DNA of 63,467 nucleotides, the filler included, from Myxococcota bacterium (GTDB lineage: Bacteria > Myxococcota > Myxococcia > Myxococcales > Myxococcaceae): assembly GCA_049322255.1 (NCBI GenBank). It is 3 parts of 3 records of this genome, joined end to end, with 100 filler letters (N's around TTAATTAATTAA, not from the genome) between each part and the next. Parts side by side here need not be neighbours in the genome. Positions count along the whole stretch, not along the records: positions 1 to 27,084 come from JBMORE010000050.1; positions 27,185 to 52,621 come from JBMORE010000055.1; 1 more part is not named here. One strand, 5' to 3'. The notes below the pieces were generated by a model, which was given only the letters and a program-made list of their open reading frames with translations, did not search any database and was not told where the DNA came from. Shown here piece after piece: positions 22,070 to 31,225 of this stretch; the first letter of the stretch is position 1; the number at the start of each line of letters is the position of its first letter. The position numbers were made by a program, and so were the translations under genes.

Positions 22070-22804
22070 CTACAGGGCGGCGCGCGCAGTTCTTGCGCCA
22101 TAGACCTGGTTCCGACCGCCTCGCTTCGCCTCGTAGAGCGCGGCGTCGGCGGCACGGAAAAGCTCGTCTGCCGCACCGCCAGGGTGGTGGGTGGCGATGC
22201 CGAAGGAAGCGGTCAACGGCTCGGGTCCGGTGGCGAGCGGCACAGGGTTGGACTCCAGGGCCTGGCGCATACGTTCAGCGATGGCGCGGGTCTGCTCGAC
22301 AGATGCGTCGGGGCAGATGAGGGCGAACTCCTCGCCGCCGACGCGGCAGGCGACGTCCATCGCGCGCGCGTGGCGGGCCAAGAGCGAGGCGGCGTGCGCC
22401 AGCGCCCGATCGCCCGCGGAGTGCCCGAGTCGATCGTTGAGCCTCTTGAAGTGGTCGAGGTCGGCCATCACCAAACCCAGCGGGGTACCTTCGCGATCGG
22501 CGCGCGCACACTCACTGGCGAGCCGCTCACGAAAGTAGCCTTGATTGCGAAGACCGGTGAGCGCATCGGTGACCGAGAGCGTCTCCATGCGGTCGGCCAG
22601 CTTTCCGAGGATGGCGCCGAACACGCTGAAGGCGAGCGCCGTGCCGACGAGCAAATAGGTGTAAAGGGCTGCGTTCGTCGTCAGCTCGTCGGGGAGGCCG
22701 CCCGGAAGTCCCTGCAGCGAGCGGAGCGTGAGCCAGCCCAGCGGCGCTCCCAGGGCGAGGAGCACGCCGACGCCTGCGTAGCAAAAGGCCCGTCGAGCCG
22801 TCAT
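22070..22804 (-). CDS. membrane diguanylate cyclase (GGDEF)
   Basis: Two TM segments, DALTGL, DLDHFKRLND, RxxD I-site, GGEEF. Confidence 0.93.
   Translation of the reverse strand: MTARRAFCYAGVGVLLALGAPLGWLTLRSLQGLPGGLPDELTTNAALYTYLLVGTALAFSVFGAILGKLADRMETLSVTDALTGLRNQGYFRERLASECARADREGTPLGLVMADLDHFKRLNDRLGHSAGDRALAHAASLLARHARAMDVACRVGGEEFALICPDASVEQTRAIAERMRQALESNPVPLATGPEPLTASFGIATHHPGGAADELFRAADAALYEAKRGGRNQVYGARTARAAL
22084..22098. promoter_or_regulatory. perfect GCGCA-N5-TGCGC palindrome
   Basis: GCGCA GTTCT TGCGC, about 70-85 nt upstream of the sigma54 promoter; second imperfect copy at 22044-22058. Confidence 0.55.
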
Positions 22805-23230
22805 CTAGTGCACCACCAGCAGTGGCTTGGGGCAGATGTGAACCAGGCGATCCGACACGCTGCCCAAGAGCACTCGGCTTACGGCACCCAAGCCGCGGCT
22901 GCCAATCGCCACCATTCCCACGTCGCTCGCCTCGGCGGCGTCGGCAATCGCCTCGGCGGTCGACCCGTGCAACAGGAGTGTGTCCACGGTCAACCCACGC
23001 AGCTCCGGCATGGAGCGGTACGCGTCCAACAAGCGTTCGGCATATCGCTCGTAGGTTTCTTGGAACTCCACCGCGTCGACCAGCTCCTCGCCAGGGTCCC
23101 AGGGAGTCGGCGGCGGAGCGGTGTGAGCCAGCGTGAGGCGGGCGTGGAAAGCATGGGCGAGCTCCGCCGCACGCCGCACCGCCCGGCGGCTGGCCTCCGA
23201 ACCGTCAATCGCCACGAGAATTCGTGTCAT
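22805..23230 (-). CDS. universal stress protein
   Basis: MTRILVAIDGS...IGSRG...LGSVSDRLVH. Confidence 0.93.
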   Translation of the reverse strand: MTRILVAIDGSEASRRAVRRAAELAHAFHARLTLAHTAPPPTPWDPGEELVDAVEFQETYERYAERLLDAYRSMPELRGLTVDTLLLHGSTAEAIADAAEASDVGMVAIGSRGLGAVSRVLLGSVSDRLVHICPKPLLVVH

Positions 23231-23243
23231 GGTTTCGGGGCGA

Positions 23244-23260
23244 TTGCAGAATTCGTGCCC
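23244..23260 (-). promoter_or_regulatory. sigma54 -24/-12 promoter of USP-GGDEF
   Basis: Minus strand GGGCACGAATTCTGCAA. Confidence 0.55.
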
Positions 23261-23335
23261 GTGCTTTGCAACGGCGCATCACCACCGGGAAGGTTGCTGC
23301 TACCCTTCGGCGACGACAGGTAAGGAGCGTTCAAG

Positions 23336-24964
23336 GTGAAAAAAGACGCGACGAAGACACGACGGTCAGAGCTCAGCGGCGGGCCCTTCCTGCTCCTCGT
23401 TTTCTTGTCCATTCCGAGCACCGGTCAGGCGGGCAACTTTCCCTTCGAAATCGTTCATCCGCACACGGGTGATACCGCCGTTGTTCGCCACACCAAGGCT
23501 TATCCCGGATTGGAGTACTACCTCGAGCCGGTGGCGATTGGAGGCGATTGGCCGTGGACGGCGGCGCTCACGAACGCTCCGGCGGGGATGACGGTGGCTT
23601 CGGAGATCGATCCTCTCACCGGGATGCCGAAGATCGTCATTCGCTGGCCCAATCCGACGACAGCCGGCAGCCCCCACAACGTGACACTTCAGATGTGGGA
23701 TTCCGACACGGACGGTGCTGGTCCTAACGACATTCGGGAGACGGACACCGTCTCGTGGACCGTGACAGTGACGACGGACGGCTTCCTGTTCCTCGACGCC
23801 GTCAATGGCAACGACAGCAATCCGGGAACCCCTGCATCACCGAAGCGGACGATCAACGGGTTCTTCCTCGGGTCGAACGGTGACTCGACGTACGCAGACT
23901 ACTTCGTCTACTTCCGCGCGGGCACCTATACGTGGGTGGGTGTGCCCGCGAGCGGCAGTGGGTTGCCGCGACCTGGTCAACAGATCACTATAGGCACGAA
24001 CAAGCCGACCGTATGGCTCGCCTACCCCGGCGATGCGATGCCGGTCGTCGACTACGGCTACAACGAAGGCGCTGGCAGCGCTCCCGTGTTCGTCCAGATG
24101 GACGACCCGTACATCGACGGCCTGCATTTCACGAACAGCATCAACCATTTTTTCCGCGGGTTCTCTCCCTACGCCCGCGTGCTTCGTTCGAAGTTCTCAA
24201 ACCTGGGGCCGGGGGCGGACGGCTTCAATTCGTCGGGCATCATGTCCGTCAACACCGGGTGTACGCCTGCGGTCTACCCCAACATCACCGGGTGTCACGA
24301 ATACGGTGCAATCACCACGAGCGAGTTCACCGACTTCGAAAACGCGTCCGCGATCAAGATTTACTCACTCAAGTACTTCGCGTTTCAGCTGAACAAGGTC
24401 CACAACTTCTTCGGCACCGAGGTGGAGGGCATCGCCCTCAAGGGCGGCGTGATGTACCACATGGACGTGACGGGCAATCATGTCTACGGCGTGGTGGACA
24501 GAGCGATGAACGGGAACTGGCAGGACATTCACAAAGGCGACTTCCGCTTCAACCGCTTCCACGACAACGGGGGACCGAGATCGTGGTTCGTCAACCAAGG
24601 TGGCAGTGCGACCGAAATCTGGATGTACCGCAACACGATTCTCGGTCGTGTGCAGGTCGCGAACGTCGACGAGGTGACGGACGGGCCGTTTACCTTCTCG
24701 AACAACGTCTTCGTCAATGAATTCAGTGGGACGCCGGCGGGGAGCCACATCGAGCACAACAACGTCACACAGCCAGGTCGCGTCATCATTTCCGCGTCGC
24801 CCAACGGGAATCTGGCCTGCTTCGGCGCCGACGCGTGTACGGATGCAGACGGAAACCTCGTTGGTACTTACACCCAGTATCTCGGCCAGAAGGGCTTCGA
24901 GGTTGGGCCGTCGTCTCCTGGCTCGCCTGCCCCAGCCCCTCCGCGCAACCTGCGCGTACAGTGA
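23336..24964 (+). CDS. secreted protein, Ig-like N-terminus plus parallel beta-helix (pectin-lyase-like)
   Basis: Signal peptide, APAGMTV Ig-like segment, FLDAVNGNDSNPGTPASPKRTI motif, Asn-rich beta-helix repeats. Confidence 0.6.
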   Translation: MKKDATKTRRSELSGGPFLLLVFLSIPSTGQAGNFPFEIVHPHTGDTAVVRHTKAYPGLEYYLEPVAIGGDWPWTAALTNAPAGMTVASEIDPLTGMPKIVIRWPNPTTAGSPHNVTLQMWDSDTDGAGPNDIRETDTVSWTVTVTTDGFLFLDAVNGNDSNPGTPASPKRTINGFFLGSNGDSTYADYFVYFRAGTYTWVGVPASGSGLPRPGQQITIGTNKPTVWLAYPGDAMPVVDYGYNEGAGSAPVFVQMDDPYIDGLHFTNSINHFFRGFSPYARVLRSKFSNLGPGADGFNSSGIMSVNTGCTPAVYPNITGCHEYGAITTSEFTDFENASAIKIYSLKYFAFQLNKVHNFFGTEVEGIALKGGVMYHMDVTGNHVYGVVDRAMNGNWQDIHKGDFRFNRFHDNGGPRSWFVNQGGSATEIWMYRNTILGRVQVANVDEVTDGPFTFSNNVFVNEFSGTPAGSHIEHNNVTQPGRVIISASPNGNLACFGADACTDADGNLVGTYTQYLGQKGFEVGPSSPGSPAPAPPRNLRVQ

Positions 24965-24973
24965 CCGGCGGCG

Positions 24974-27082
24974 CTACTTCTTGAGCCCCAGCTGAACGAG
25001 GAAGGCCTCTTCGTTGGGCGCGCGGCCGAGGAACTGCTCGAGCAGCTCGTCGGGGTTCACCGTGCGCCCCCGGGCGAGAATGCTGTCGCGGTACGCGCGG
25101 CCGGTCTTCGGGTTGAGCACCCCTTCGGTGCTGAAGCGGGTGAACATGTCGGCGGCGAACACCTCGCTCCATAAGTAGCCGTAGTATCCGCCGTCGTAGC
25201 CGCCCATCATGTGCCCGAAGGTCTGAGCGAAGTGGGCCGCGGGGTCTTCGGGGAAGCCCATGATTTCTCCCCACAGCCGCTTGGCGGCCGCGTCGGCGTC
25301 GGTCTTCTGCGCAGTGTGAATGGTGGCGTCGAAGGTGCCCAAGAAGAGCTGCCGGCTGTAGTGCACGCCCGCGTCGAATTTGCGCGCCTTGATGATGCGC
25401 TGAGCGAGCGCGTCGGGGAGGGGCTTTTTCGGGTCGCTCACGTCCTGCGAGATGAGCGAGAGCACCTCGGGTCGGTACACCCAGTTCTCCAGCATCTGTG
25501 AGGGCGCCTCCACGAAGTCGCGCGCGGTGTTGGTGCCGGAGAGCGTGGCGAAGCGGGCGGTGGTGAGCGACTCGTGCATCACATGCCCGAACTCGTGGAA
25601 GAGGGTGTCGACCTCCTTCACCGAGAGGTACGCCGGCTCACCTTCTTTCGCCGGTGGATTGAAGTTGAGCACCAGCGCGGCGAGGGGAATGCGGTAGCCG
25701 CTCTCCACCGCGCGGCCCGACGAGAGTCCGAACTCCGCCGCATGGCCGTACTTCCCCTCGCGTGGGTAGAAGTCGATGTAGAAGCGCGCCACCAACTCCC
25801 CGCCGGGCGCTTCGCGCACCTCGTAGAGCTTCACGCCGTTCGCCCACACTTCGGCGTTGGGCACCTCGGAAATCTCGATGCCGAAGAGACGCTCGTACAC
25901 CTCGAACATCCCTCCCACCACCTTCTGCGCAGGGAAGTGGCGGCGCACCTCCTGGTCGTCGAGGGCGTAGTCCTTCTTCTTGATTTGCGACAGGTAGTAC
26001 CGCCAGTCCCACGCGTGAATGACCGCTTTGGGGTCTTTGGTGTCGGCCGCCTTGAGCGCCTGCATCTTCGCGGTGTCGGCGGCGAGCCCTGCCTTCAACC
26101 CCTCGCGCATGCGGGTGAGAAAGGCGGTGATGGTCCTGGCGTCCTTCGCCATCCGGTCCTCCGCCACGAAGTCGACATGGGTCGTGTAGCCGAGCAGCTG
26201 GGCGGCCTTGGCGCGCAGCTCCACCGCTTCGTTGAGCAGCGCGAGGTTCTCCTTGCCGCCGCGGTTCATGAAAGCGACCTCCATCTTGCGGCGGGTCGCC
26301 TCGCGCCTGGCGTTCTCCATCACCGGGAAGTAGTCGGGGTACTTGGTGGTGAGGACGTAGAGCTCCTCCTTGGCTCCCTTCTTCGCCGGTTGCTTGTGAC
26401 GGGCGATGAAGTCCTCCGGCAGGCCCTCCAGCTCGGCGGCGGTCACGGTGAAAGTCGTCTTGTCTTCGTTCAGCCGGGTGGAGAATTGGGTTTCCAACTC
26501 GGCGAGGCGGGAGCGAATCTTCACCAGCTGCGCGCGCTTCTCGTCGGGCAGCTCCAGACCGTTGCGGCGGAAGTCACGCATCGTCACCTCGATCAGCCGC
26601 CTCTTTTCAGCGTCGAGGGCTTCGGCCTTGCCGGCGTGAGCGAGGTACCCCTTCATCGCCAGGTACAGGTCCTTTCGCGCACCGAGTTGCACCAGGTATT
26701 TGCCCATGCGTTCTTCGCACGCCCCAGCCGCCCCGCGCACCTTCGCATCGGTGTGGACGTGCTTCATGAACACCAGCCGCTGGGTCGTTTCCAGGTAGTG
26801 GGCGAGGGTGGCATCGGCTGCCCCAAACGAGCTGGCGAACGTGCGTTTGTCGTCGGGCTGGGCGATGAGCTTGGCGAAGGCCGCGTCGGCCTCGGCCTCG
26901 GCTTTTTCGCACGCGGCGGTCAGCTCGGCGGGCGTCCAGGTGTGTCGCAGCCAGGGAACGTCGATTTTGGCGAGCTTCGCCGCCGTCGGAGTGGCGTGGG
27001 GCTGGGCAGCCTGTGGCTCGGAGGACACGGTGTGGGCGCAAGCGAAACCGAGCAGAACGAAAGTGGCAAGGAAGGTTCGCAT
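24974..27082 (-). CDS. M3 family metallopeptidase (thimet oligopeptidase-like), lipoprotein
   Basis: Lipobox GFAC; TLFHEFGH, DFVEAPSQMLENW, YYGYLWSE. Confidence 0.93.
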   Translation of the reverse strand: MRTFLATFVLLGFACAHTVSSEPQAAQPHATPTAAKLAKIDVPWLRHTWTPAELTAACEKAEAEADAAFAKLIAQPDDKRTFASSFGAADATLAHYLETTQRLVFMKHVHTDAKVRGAAGACEERMGKYLVQLGARKDLYLAMKGYLAHAGKAEALDAEKRRLIEVTMRDFRRNGLELPDEKRAQLVKIRSRLAELETQFSTRLNEDKTTFTVTAAELEGLPEDFIARHKQPAKKGAKEELYVLTTKYPDYFPVMENARREATRRKMEVAFMNRGGKENLALLNEAVELRAKAAQLLGYTTHVDFVAEDRMAKDARTITAFLTRMREGLKAGLAADTAKMQALKAADTKDPKAVIHAWDWRYYLSQIKKKDYALDDQEVRRHFPAQKVVGGMFEVYERLFGIEISEVPNAEVWANGVKLYEVREAPGGELVARFYIDFYPREGKYGHAAEFGLSSGRAVESGYRIPLAALVLNFNPPAKEGEPAYLSVKEVDTLFHEFGHVMHESLTTARFATLSGTNTARDFVEAPSQMLENWVYRPEVLSLISQDVSDPKKPLPDALAQRIIKARKFDAGVHYSRQLFLGTFDATIHTAQKTDADAAAKRLWGEIMGFPEDPAAHFAQTFGHMMGGYDGGYYGYLWSEVFAADMFTRFSTEGVLNPKTGRAYRDSILARGRTVNPDELLEQFLGRAPNEEAFLVQLGLKK

Positions 27083-27084
27083 CA

Positions 27085-27184
27085 NNNNNNNNNNNNNNNN
27101 NNNNNNNNNNNNNNNNNNNNNNNNNNNNTTAATTAATTAANNNNNNNNNNNNNNNNNNNNNNNNNNNNNNNNNNNNNNNNNNNN
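27085..27184. other. assembly gap with artificial TTAATTAATTAA linker
   Basis: N run with all-frame-stop linker at 27129-27140. Confidence 0.98.
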
Positions 27185-27272
27185 AATTCTTCCATTCACT
27201 CAAACGCTTTCGCCGACTCGCAACACGCTATGAAAAGACAGCTCGAAACTTTCTCGCACTCATCCACCTCGC

Positions 27273-27848
27273 GTGCATTCGCATGTGGATCAATTAGGGA
27301 CATCCCCTAGGACCCCCAACCATGAAGACAAGCAAGGACGCGAGCAGGTTGCAAGGGTGCTCGCACAGGCGATTGAACTGCTCGGCCGAGCGGCCTTCGT
27401 CACGAGCGGAGAAGACGTGCAGGCAGGGGAGCGTCTGTTCTCTCTTGCCGGTGGAGTCTTCGATGAAGCCAAGGAGTTGGGCTTCTCAGTAGCGGTGGAA
27501 GTCGGGAGCGCCGGGGCGAGCGAAGCGAGCGGAGGCGCCCTTCCTGTGCTGTGCGAAAGGCACGGCAAGGCGCTTGATGCGGACGCGAGGCCGCTCGGGC
27601 TTTGCTTCTTCTGCGCGCTGGAGGTGCAGACGAAGCAGCGTCGGGAGATTGAGCAGCTCCGGCGAGCGCTTGGCAGGCGCACCGACGAAGCGGACGCGCT
27701 CGCGCATGAGGTTGCGCGGGTGTCGGCGATGGTGGCCACGGTGGAGAGGGAGCGCAACGACGCGCGCAAGGAGCGCGACGCGGCGAAGCTGCTCGCCGAG
27801 CGCTTTCTCGAAGCGGCGACCGTCGCGGGAAAGGCGGTGTCGCCATGA
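27273..27848 (+). CDS. provirus hypothetical protein (CxxH..CxxC plus coiled coil)
   Basis: LCERH..LCFFC, heptad-rich C-terminus; start uncertain. Confidence 0.6.
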   Translation: MHSHVDQLGTSPRTPNHEDKQGREQVARVLAQAIELLGRAAFVTSGEDVQAGERLFSLAGGVFDEAKELGFSVAVEVGSAGASEASGGALPVLCERHGKALDADARPLGLCFFCALEVQTKQRREIEQLRRALGRRTDEADALAHEVARVSAMVATVERERNDARKERDAAKLLAERFLEAATVAGKAVSP

Positions 27849-28072
27849 CCTCGCCATGGGAACAAATCGACAAGATGCGGAGGGCGCACGGCGAGCTGAC
27901 CTCGTGGATGGCATCAACGGTTCCGCACTGGGAGCTAGCAGAGCCAGTAGGCGCAAACTACCGAGCGATACGCAGGGTGAGCGGTGAGCTGCGGCACGAC
28001 GTGAGGGCGCGAACGGCGGCCGAGCTTAGAGGGGCAATTGAGGCCGAGCTCGCCAAGGGGGCGCGGCCATGA
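27845..28072 (+). CDS. provirus hypothetical protein
   Basis: ATGA-coupled at both ends. Confidence 0.65.
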   Translation: MTSPWEQIDKMRRAHGELTSWMASTVPHWELAEPVGANYRAIRRVSGELRHDVRARTAAELRGAIEAELAKGARP

Positions 28073-28380
28073 GCGCGCGACAACTGACGTTCGAGGACGT
28101 TCGCGCGGACTACGGGAGGCGCAAGAGCAACAAGGAGGGCTTGCGCGCGCTGCTCGCTGATGGGCGATGGCACGGCATCCGCGAACTGCACGAGGTCGCG
28201 GGCTGGCGGTACGGCGCGCGCATCTTCGACTTGCGCGGCGAAGGGTTGGTGATTCATCGCCGGCCGGTCGGCGCGGGGCTGTACGAATGGCGATGGAGTG
28301 CAGCGCGCGGCGTTGATCAGGAGTGCGACGCAGGTTGCTGCCTGGCGCGGCCGGCGGGAGGGGAGGTGTCGGCACCATGA
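28069..28380 (+). CDS. winged helix-turn-helix DNA-binding protein (phage type)
   Basis: ELHEVAGWRYGARIFDLRGEGLVI resembles phage wHTH (ARI.DLR..G..I). Confidence 0.65.
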   Translation: MSARQLTFEDVRADYGRRKSNKEGLRALLADGRWHGIRELHEVAGWRYGARIFDLRGEGLVIHRRPVGAGLYEWRWSAARGVDQECDAGCCLARPAGGEVSAP

Positions 28381-28583
28381 GCCACCTACCCTTATTCGAG
28401 TCGTTCAAAGCCGAGTCGTGTCAGCCGGGGCGGTGTTGGCTCTGCGATGAGCCGCTCCCATCGCGACCGGCGAACCGGCGCGGCCGGCGCCGCGAGACGT
28501 GCGGCCGGGGCGCGTGCAGGAGTCTCTATCAGTCGCTGTACGGCATCGCGCGCCGGGCGCGGGAGGTGAGCGCGCATGGGTAA
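28377..28583 (+). CDS. small zinc-finger-like protein
   Basis: CWLC..RGRRRETC..AC; GGAGG RBS, ATGA overlap. Confidence 0.65.
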   Translation: MSHLPLFESFKAESCQPGRCWLCDEPLPSRPANRRGRRRETCGRGACRSLYQSLYGIARRAREVSAHG

Positions 28584-28797
28584 GAGCACCATCAAGCCGG
28601 AAGACCGGGAGCGGTTCACCCGCGAGCTAATGCGGGTGCTCGATTCCATCGAAGAGACGGAAGAGGCGCGCAAGATTGCGGCGGCAGACTTCCGCCAAGA
28701 GCTGGCGAAGCTCCACGAGCGGGCGCGTCACTGGCGCGCGCTGCTCGCCGGCAGGAAGGGCGAGCAGTTGGAGTTGCCAGCCGAGGCGGAGACATGA
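28576..28797 (+). CDS. provirus coiled-coil hypothetical protein
   Basis: GGAGG RBS; helical charged sequence. Confidence 0.65.
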   Translation: MGKSTIKPEDRERFTRELMRVLDSIEETEEARKIAAADFRQELAKLHERARHWRALLAGRKGEQLELPAEAET

Positions 28798-29006
28798 ACG
28801 CCCGCTTTCGAGTCTTCGGGCGCTTCAACGGGGCGCCGGCCGCGACGGTGATCGTCAACCGAGCATCGGGCATCATCACCGTTCGCCCGCTGCGGCGCCG
28901 CAAGGTCTACGAGCTGCCACTCGCGTTCGTGGCCGAGCTGGTGATGTGGCGAATCCTCAAAGCGGAGGCGGCCGAGAAGAGGGCGCGCCGGAAGGCGAAG
29001 CGATGA
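28794..29006 (+). CDS. small basic provirus protein
   Basis: ATGA-coupled; TVRPLRRRKVYELPL, basic C-terminus. Confidence 0.7.
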   Translation: MNARFRVFGRFNGAPAATVIVNRASGIITVRPLRRRKVYELPLAFVAELVMWRILKAEAAEKRARRKAKR

Positions 29007-29221
29007 ACGCCAGCGAGCTGAAGGAGGCACGGCGCGCGACGGCCATCGTTGCGCGCAACCTGATGTTGACTGCGCTATCACCTCGCGCGCCTGGGCCGAC
29101 GCGGGCGGCAGCGGGCCTTGCTGGGCTGTTGTTGGCTTGGGCGGTGGTCGAGTCGAGGACGCTTGAGCCAGAGCCGACCGACCGCGGAACGCTCAAGCGC
29201 GCCAAAAACGACCGATTGTGA
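29003..29221 (+). CDS. provirus hypothetical protein with hydrophobic segment
   Basis: ATGA-coupled; AAAGLAGLLLAWAVV. Confidence 0.55.
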   Translation: MNASELKEARRATAIVARNLMLTALSPRAPGPTRAAAGLAGLLLAWAVVESRTLEPEPTDRGTLKRAKNDRL

Positions 29222-29278
29222 CGAGGCCGGCAGAAGCGAGTTAAACGGCTGAATTCTCGTGGTGGCTCGCAGGATGGC

Positions 29279-29926
29279 TCAGGAGGGGTTTTTGACGAGC
29301 GGGGCGGCCGACGCGTCATCGGCGCCCCGTTCGCGCTTCCTACGCCAAACCTCGCGGCGCAGCGTGGCTTCTGAAAGGCTGTTCGCCTTGGCCACGGCGG
29401 CGCAGGGCTGGCCGGCTTCCACGAGTTCAGCGGCGGCGGAAAGGAGGATGGGTGAAACGCGAGGCCGACCGAGCTTCTTTCCCTGGCGGCGCGCACGTTC
29501 GAGGCCGGCGCGGGTGCGCTCAATCAGCCGGTTTCGCTCCTGCTCGGCGACCCACCCGAAGATTGCGACCAGAAGCTTGCGCACAGGGCCGGAGGTGTCG
29601 AGCCAGGGTTCGCGCACGCTGAGAACAGGAACACCAAGCTCGTCAAGTTCGAGCACCGTGGTGATTGCTCCAAGCATCGAGCGGTGCAGACGGTCAAGCG
29701 CCCACACCACGACGGCGCGGCGGCGGCCGGCGCGCGCGTCGGTCATCAGCGCATCGAGCACCGGACGATTTTTCGCGGCGCTCTCCTGTTCCTCGTACCA
29801 AACCGGCTCGAAGCCTCGAAAGCGGGCGAATTGCTCGACTTCGGCGCGTTGGTTCTCAACCGTCTGTTTGTCAGTGCTCACACGGAGATACACCGCGGCA
29901 GGTTGTTTGGTGGTGTGGAGTGCCAT
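29279..29926 (-). CDS. small serine recombinase (resolvase/invertase family)
   Basis: YLRVSTDKQ catalytic Ser motif, LDRLHRS, ERNRLIERTRAGLERAR, GRP, C-terminal HTH. Confidence 0.93.
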   Translation of the reverse strand: MALHTTKQPAAVYLRVSTDKQTVENQRAEVEQFARFRGFEPVWYEEQESAAKNRPVLDALMTDARAGRRRAVVVWALDRLHRSMLGAITTVLELDELGVPVLSVREPWLDTSGPVRKLLVAIFGWVAEQERNRLIERTRAGLERARRQGKKLGRPRVSPILLSAAAELVEAGQPCAAVAKANSLSEATLRREVWRRKRERGADDASAAPLVKNPS

Positions 29927-29940
29927 AGACTTCCTCCATC

Positions 29941-30168
29941 ATGGAAAAACCAGAGTGGTTGAGCCTGAAGACGCAGGGCGTGAGAGTGGACAAGCAGGGC
30001 CGGTGTGTGCTGCCGGCGAAGCTGAGGCGGGAACTGGGCATCTTGCCTGACGAGGTGTTGGTAGCTTGGGCGCAGGACGGCCGAATCTTGCTGGCATCGC
30101 AGGAAGAGGCGTTCCGCTACATCGGAGCGCAGGCCAAGAAGGGGAAGAAACGTGGTCGCACTCGCTGA
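29941..30168 (+). CDS. AbrB/MazE-family antitoxin
   Basis: VDKQGRCVLPAKLRRELGI. Confidence 0.85.
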   Translation: MEKPEWLSLKTQGVRVDKQGRCVLPAKLRRELGILPDEVLVAWAQDGRILLASQEEAFRYIGAQAKKGKKRGRTR

Positions 30169-30562
30169 TGTTCGCGCCGTCGTGGATGCAACGGCGGTGC
30201 TTGCGGCCGTACTCGACGAGCCGGGCGGCGAGCGCGCCAAGGCAGCAATTCGCCGACGCGCTGTGATGAGTGCCGCGAACCTGGCGGAAACGCTCGGCAA
30301 GCTGCGGCTCAAGCATCCAGCCGTGGATGTAGCGGACGTGTTTGCGATTCCGGGGCTTCAATTCCGGCCTTTCGACGTGCAGGACGCGCGGCGCGTTGGC
30401 GACCTGGCCACCAAGGCGCCAGGAGTCAGCCTTGCCGACCGCGCGGCGCTCGCGCTCGCGCAGCGGCTTCGGCTGCCGCTCGTTACCGCCGATCATGAGT
30501 GGGCGGACCTCGACGTGGATGTGGTGCTGACCTACTTTCGCGAGCGGAAGCAGAAGAAGTAG
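30152..30562 (+). CDS. PIN-domain toxin (VapC family)
   Basis: VVDATAVLA, SAANLAE, SLADRAALALA, TAD. Confidence 0.9.
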   Translation: MVALADVRAVVDATAVLAAVLDEPGGERAKAAIRRRAVMSAANLAETLGKLRLKHPAVDVADVFAIPGLQFRPFDVQDARRVGDLATKAPGVSLADRAALALAQRLRLPLVTADHEWADLDVDVVLTYFRERKQKK

Positions 30563-30725
30563 CCCCGTCCACTGGAAACCCCCATTCGTCGACCGCGACG
30601 CGCCAAGGGCCATGACCGGCTGCGAGGCGCCGAGCGCGGATGAAGCCCAGCGCGGCCCAGCGGTAGACGGTGGCGACATGCACGCCGCATCCAGCCGCGC
30701 ATTCCTTCAGAGCCACCCATCGCAC
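30483..30725 (-). CDS. MerR-like/excisionase-type HTH protein
   Basis: GTG start; WVALKECAAGCGVHVATVYRWAALGFIRARR..GPWRV; 3' end overlaps the vapC gene. Confidence 0.65.
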   Translation of the reverse strand: MRWVALKECAAGCGVHVATVYRWAALGFIRARRLAAGHGPWRVAVDEWGFPVDGATSSASARESRSAPHPRRGPPTHDRR

Positions 30726-30818
30726 GCGCGAAGAATGCGAGCGAGTGCGCGCGCCCGCAAAAAATTGCACAACCTTGCAAACTGATTCGGCAGCAGGCGC
30801 ACGGGACAATTCGCGCCC

Positions 30819-31076
30819 ATGGATGCCGAGAAATCCGTCGCTGAGCCGAAGGCCCCGACACAAGGCGGCGCGCGCTCTTCGAGGCCGGAGACGACTTCTC
30901 CAGCGTCCGAGTCCTCCAACGAGGCCCCCGGCAACACTGAGGGCAGGTCCGCGCAAGAAAACGCGCGGCAGGCAGAGGGGGCCACCACGCACGCGGACGA
31001 GGCGGCGCCGGAGAGAAACCCGGCGCCGCCATCGTTCATGCGGCGGTGTGCTGACTTCCTGTTGTCAGACGTGTGA
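30819..31076 (+). CDS. provirus low-complexity protein
   Basis: Acidic/disordered with amphipathic C-terminus; first gene of the structural operon. Confidence 0.55.
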   Translation: MDAEKSVAEPKAPTQGGARSSRPETTSPASESSNEAPGNTEGRSAQENARQAEGATTHADEAAPERNPAPPSFMRRCADFLLSDV

Positions 31077-31088
31077 GGAGCGAAACCG

Positions 31089-31223
31089 ATGCAGCCAAAG
31101 AGCTTCCGCGAGGCGTACCAGGAGCAGAAGAAAGCGGCGTTGGCCGCGCAGGCGGGCGCCAAACCAGAAGAGAAACCGGCGAGCGAACCGAAGGCCAAGA
31201 AGGCGAAGAAGGCCGCGAGGTAG
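31089..31223 (+). CDS. small (44 aa) Lys/Ala-rich basic protein
   Basis: GAGGAG RBS; MQPKSFREAYQEQKKAALAAQAGAKPEEKPASEPKAKKAKKAAR*. Confidence 0.55.
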   Translation: MQPKSFREAYQEQKKAALAAQAGAKPEEKPASEPKAKKAKKAAR

Positions 31224-31225
31224 GC

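Noticed and set aside
27129..27140. TTAATTAATTAA palindrome (also 52666-52677)
   Set aside because: Artificial contig-joining linker inside N runs; not biological
27185..27272. Search for a second att site (tRNA-Gln 3' duplicate)
   Set aside because: No match seen; the element's left boundary is probably beyond the contig end
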